Below, in pieces: positions 60,661 through 64,000 of a stretch of 64,000 nt of DNA. Within the stretch, counting starts at the first letter, position 1. Each line of letters opens with the position of its first letter. The stretch lies in the NCBI GenBank assembly GCA_030390025.1, contig CM059447.1, positions 13,640,001-13,704,000 of the forward strand, given 5' to 3'. The translations under genes were made by a program, and so were the position numbers. The stretch comes from Squalus acanthias. Its lineage: Eukaryota. Below the pieces are notes generated by a model. That model did not search any database, was not told where the DNA came from, and saw only the letters and a list, made by a program, of their open reading frames with translations.

Positions 60661-61196
60661 ATAATCCTTTGCCATCTATACAGAACATCAGCAAAGGTGG
60701 AAGCGGCATGTGGCATTTTTAGTTAAGCGTTCTATATTAATGTTAGCAATACATTTTCATATCACACTTGCACCAACATATACTGCAAGCTCTGCAGGAA
60801 ATAAAGAGACTATGTTTTTTATTGTCATTGCCTGCCCCCCTCAATTACATTATAACGCAGAAAGTCTTCAGAACTTTTCTGATGTCACCAGGGAAATTTA
60901 TTTTCCCTGATCGCTAAGAAAATTTGAGGAAAAGAGGCATTGTCTTACCTACAGATAAAGCACACAGTAGATGCAATTAAACAAAGCAGTCTCTGATAAG
61001 AGTCTTTTGGAATATATCCAGGAGAATATCAAAAACAGAGCGGCGACCAAGGTATTCTGGAGTAAACTCTTAAATTTACTATTTAGCAGAATCATTCAAG
61101 TGTCTATAGCAGCAGGAACTTCCTATTAGTGTAAACCTCATCACAACCCCAGAACCAAATGCTGCCCGTAAGCTAGCTATAAATGTGAGATTCAGG

Positions 61197-61207
61197 ATGA
61201 GTCAGCA
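61197..61207 (+). promoter_or_regulatory. NF-E2/ARE (CNC-sMaf) site ATGAGTCAGCA
   Basis: Perfect match to RTGASTCAGCA, about 1.15 kb upstream of the MAFG ATG exon, in non-repetitive sequence. Confidence 0.6.
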
Positions 61208-61617
61208 GGTCTGACTGAGTACAATACTGACAAGCTGACTACACCCAAGCCACTACCATGGATCTATGGGCTAAACCATTATTCGGCCTTCTCGGATGTG
61301 CTCCAAAAAAAGCCTTTAAGCAGTTCCCCAAAGTGCCTGGATACAAGCTTCCAGTAGCCACCTCAGCTTTGTCCAGTATTTTTGTATCCCAAATCTGTGG
61401 CGTTTTCAACATTCCAGCATTATAAAAGGATTTTTAAAATTAATTAAAATGAGAAATATGGGAAAAACCTGTTTGAGGTCAGCGTGGAGGAGGAGCTCTT
61501 GGTATATGATAGAATAAGAAATAGGAGCAGGAGTAGGCCATTTGGCCCTTCGAACCTGCTCTCGAAGTAATCGATTAATGAATGAAACTCTGAATACAAG
61601 TGTCTGGAGTTTAAGCT

Positions 61618-62030
61618 TCCCTATGGCCTAGTGGGTCAAGACAATGCCTGGTGCAGTGCGAAAGAAAACATACCAGAAGCTCCCAGTTTTGATTCCTGCC
61701 TGGGCAGAATTAGCAGATCTCAGCAGGGCTGTAACTGAGATCCTGCAATCGACCTCGGTGCCAAGGCAGGGAAAAGAAAAATTAATCCCGGGTTCCTACT
61801 CGTTTGTCGCCCAGTGACTCCTGCTGGAATGTGCATGTTATTTAGACGTTGGATGTGGACACCTGGGGCACTGGATTGGGGTACAGCGGTGTTGTCCCTG
61901 CCATCAGCAAATAGCCTGCTGGCCCGTCCTCTAGGCTCGCAGAGAAACGATGGCTAGTTTGGCGAGAAGCTGCTGACCCGTGCCCCAGTATAACTCAGTT
62001 GCTTTGCAGAACGAGGGAAGAAATGGTTGC
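61618..62030 (+). mobile_element. LF-SINE-like element, near full length
   Basis: tRNA-like head TGGCCTAGTGGGTCAAG...TTTGATTCCTG, then GAATTAGCAGATCTCAGC, CCGGGTTCCTACTC, CCAGTGACTCCTGCTGGAA, AATAGCCTGC, as recalled for LF-SINE. Confidence 0.65.
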
Positions 62031-63309
62031 ACTTTTCTAATGCACTGGTCATGTTGGCACCAGGCAAAGGGGCCTCATTCCATCTGGTCCATTCACCTGC
62101 TCCTAGCCTGGTTCCTCTCCTGGTGGCTCACCACCCACCCCAGCTGCTATTGACACACCTGCACTGGTGCAACTCTTCCGGTATGAATGATGTGGTAGCC
62201 CCCACATCATCTTGTCAGTGTGCAGAATGGTCAGCACAAGACCAGGAACCAGAGCAGCCAGCACTATTCCTATTTATTCCATTGGATTTGTCTGTTTGAA
62301 GTTGGTGAGCTCTGGACTCAGTGTTACTACCGCAAATGTAGGCAATCCACCAAAACTCGACACTGGGACTGGGCTAATAGCAGAAATCTGGATTTTTGAT
62401 CCCTTTAGACTTTGAGACTTCAATGCACTTGTATTCAGGAGTTTAAAATTACATCTTTTAGATGCCCATGGTGAGTTATGTGGTCAGCGTACAAAGCAAG
62501 TCCATATCTTGTCCCAGGTATTTAAACAAAATGCAACAACAACAAAAAACTAGGACTCCAACTTATTATATAGGGAATAAACCAAGATTTCCTGTTGCTT
62601 TCTTCTGGTCAGATGTTAACAGCATGTACAGTGTAACCCATGGCCCTCAAGCCCTGGCAATCCAGTTCTCGAAGCCCAGACAACCAAGGCCATCTTGCTT
62701 CTTACTTACTGGCTTGTCCTGTTTAAATTTCATGGACGGAGAGGTTTGGCAAGTGCTGCTGCCTCATTGTAGGATAAATTAGTACAACAAAATCTGTTAG
62801 TACCGGGAACTTCAGAAATGCAAGTTAAAGGGACATTGATTACAATTTTTACGTAGCCATTGAGGCTCCAGATTACGCACTTCTGTAGCCCAACACAAAA
62901 AGCTTGGATACCCCTGACTTAGTGTACTGGTAACAATACACTAATAAATTCCAATCTAGCCAATGTGCTTTAATGTTACGTGACACTCTCATTTCACGAT
63001 CTCCAACTGCTCCTACCACCAGTGACTGGCCTGTAACTACCAGAATTTCACCTTAGTGTTATATAAAACACTCCCGAATTTGGAAGGACAATTTTAATTA
63101 TATTGTTTTATGCTTTACTAAGATTCAGGCACGAACATGATGAGGTTTAATTATTAAAATATTACCACCAATTCAGTCACTCAGAGTAAAGAGATATGAA
63201 AGCACGCTCTATTGGTAATTGTAAGACTCTCGAGTTAATAATTCAGGCTCTACTTTTCTGTTGCATTACTGAAGCCCTGCTGTAGTATTTGCATAGCATA
63301 CATGGAGGG

Positions 63310-63925
63310 TTCATTTCTAGAGGGATAGAATTGAAAAGCAGAGAAGTTATGTTAAACTTGTATAGAACCTTGGTTGGACCACACGGAGTACAGTTCTGGT
63401 CTCCATATTATAAAAAAAGGACATAGGAGGCACTGGAGAGGTGCAAAAAAGATTTACTAGAATGATACCAGAACTGAAAGGTTATACCCATCAGGAAAGA
63501 TTGAACAGGCCAGGTCTTTTTTCTCTAGAAAAAGAGAAGACTGAGGGGTGACCTGATAGAGGTCTTTAAAATTATGAAAGGGTTTGATAGAGTGGATACA
63601 GAGAAGATGCTTCCACTTGTGGGCGAGACCAGAACTAGGGGCCATAAATACAAGGCAGACAGTCACTATTAAATACAACAGGAGAAACGTCTTTACCCAG
63701 AGAGTGGTGAGAATGTGGAACGCGCTGGCACATGGAGTGGTTGAGGCGAACAGCAAAGATGCATTTAAGGGGAAGCTGGATAAGCACGTGAGGGAGAAAG
63801 GAATAGAAGGATATATTGATGGGGTTTGATGAAGGAGGGTGGGAGGAGGCTCATGTAGAGCATAAACACCAGGATGGACCTGCTGGGCCAAATGGCCAGT
63901 TTCTGTGCTGTAAATATTTTGTAAA
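63310..63925 (+). mobile_element. CR1 LINE 3' end
   Basis: VMLNLYRTLVGPH, LEKRRLRGDLIEVFKIMKGFDRVD, FTQRVVRMWNAL, and the tail. Confidence 0.92.
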
Positions 63926-64000
63926 TGAGGGTAACCCCACTGCAGGGAATAAGTGCATATTTCCAAGCCAAATGCAGTACTTTCCAATTTTAAATGCCCA

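Overview
This is eukaryotic vertebrate DNA, very probably from an elasmobranch (shark or ray): it carries HE1-type V-SINEs, SacSINE1/Deu-SINEs, LF-SINE-like elements and CR1/L2 tails. Nearly all ORF-track entries are spurious or transposon-derived. Reading splice sites by hand gives four minus-strand gene units. (1) MAFG is complete: coding exons 59986-60021 and 46105-46557, 162 aa, with a long repeat-free 3' region and a perfect NF-E2/ARE site upstream of the first coding exon. (2) An intact 4-exon, 127-aa FABP1-like gene (30110 to 21453) is absent from the ORF track and has altered ligand-binding residues (S39V, R122K). (3) A divergent CCP110 (CP110)-like gene (11374 to 6115) has a GC-AG intron and stops 25 nt before a strong splice donor; no C-terminal CP110 exons are recognisable downstream. 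(4) A 120-nt exon (169-288) encodes ZC3H11A/C12orf50-type CCCH zinc-finger sequence; its upstream exon could not be found. Repeats include a young 5'-truncated CR1 with an open RT ORF, Harbinger-like MITEs with 3-bp TSDs and internal hairpin arrays, a nested Penelope/Deu-SINE/Tx1 stack with a degenerate hammerhead ribozyme, a solo LTR and a G-rich minisatellite. Comparisons to human proteins are from memory; no searches were run.
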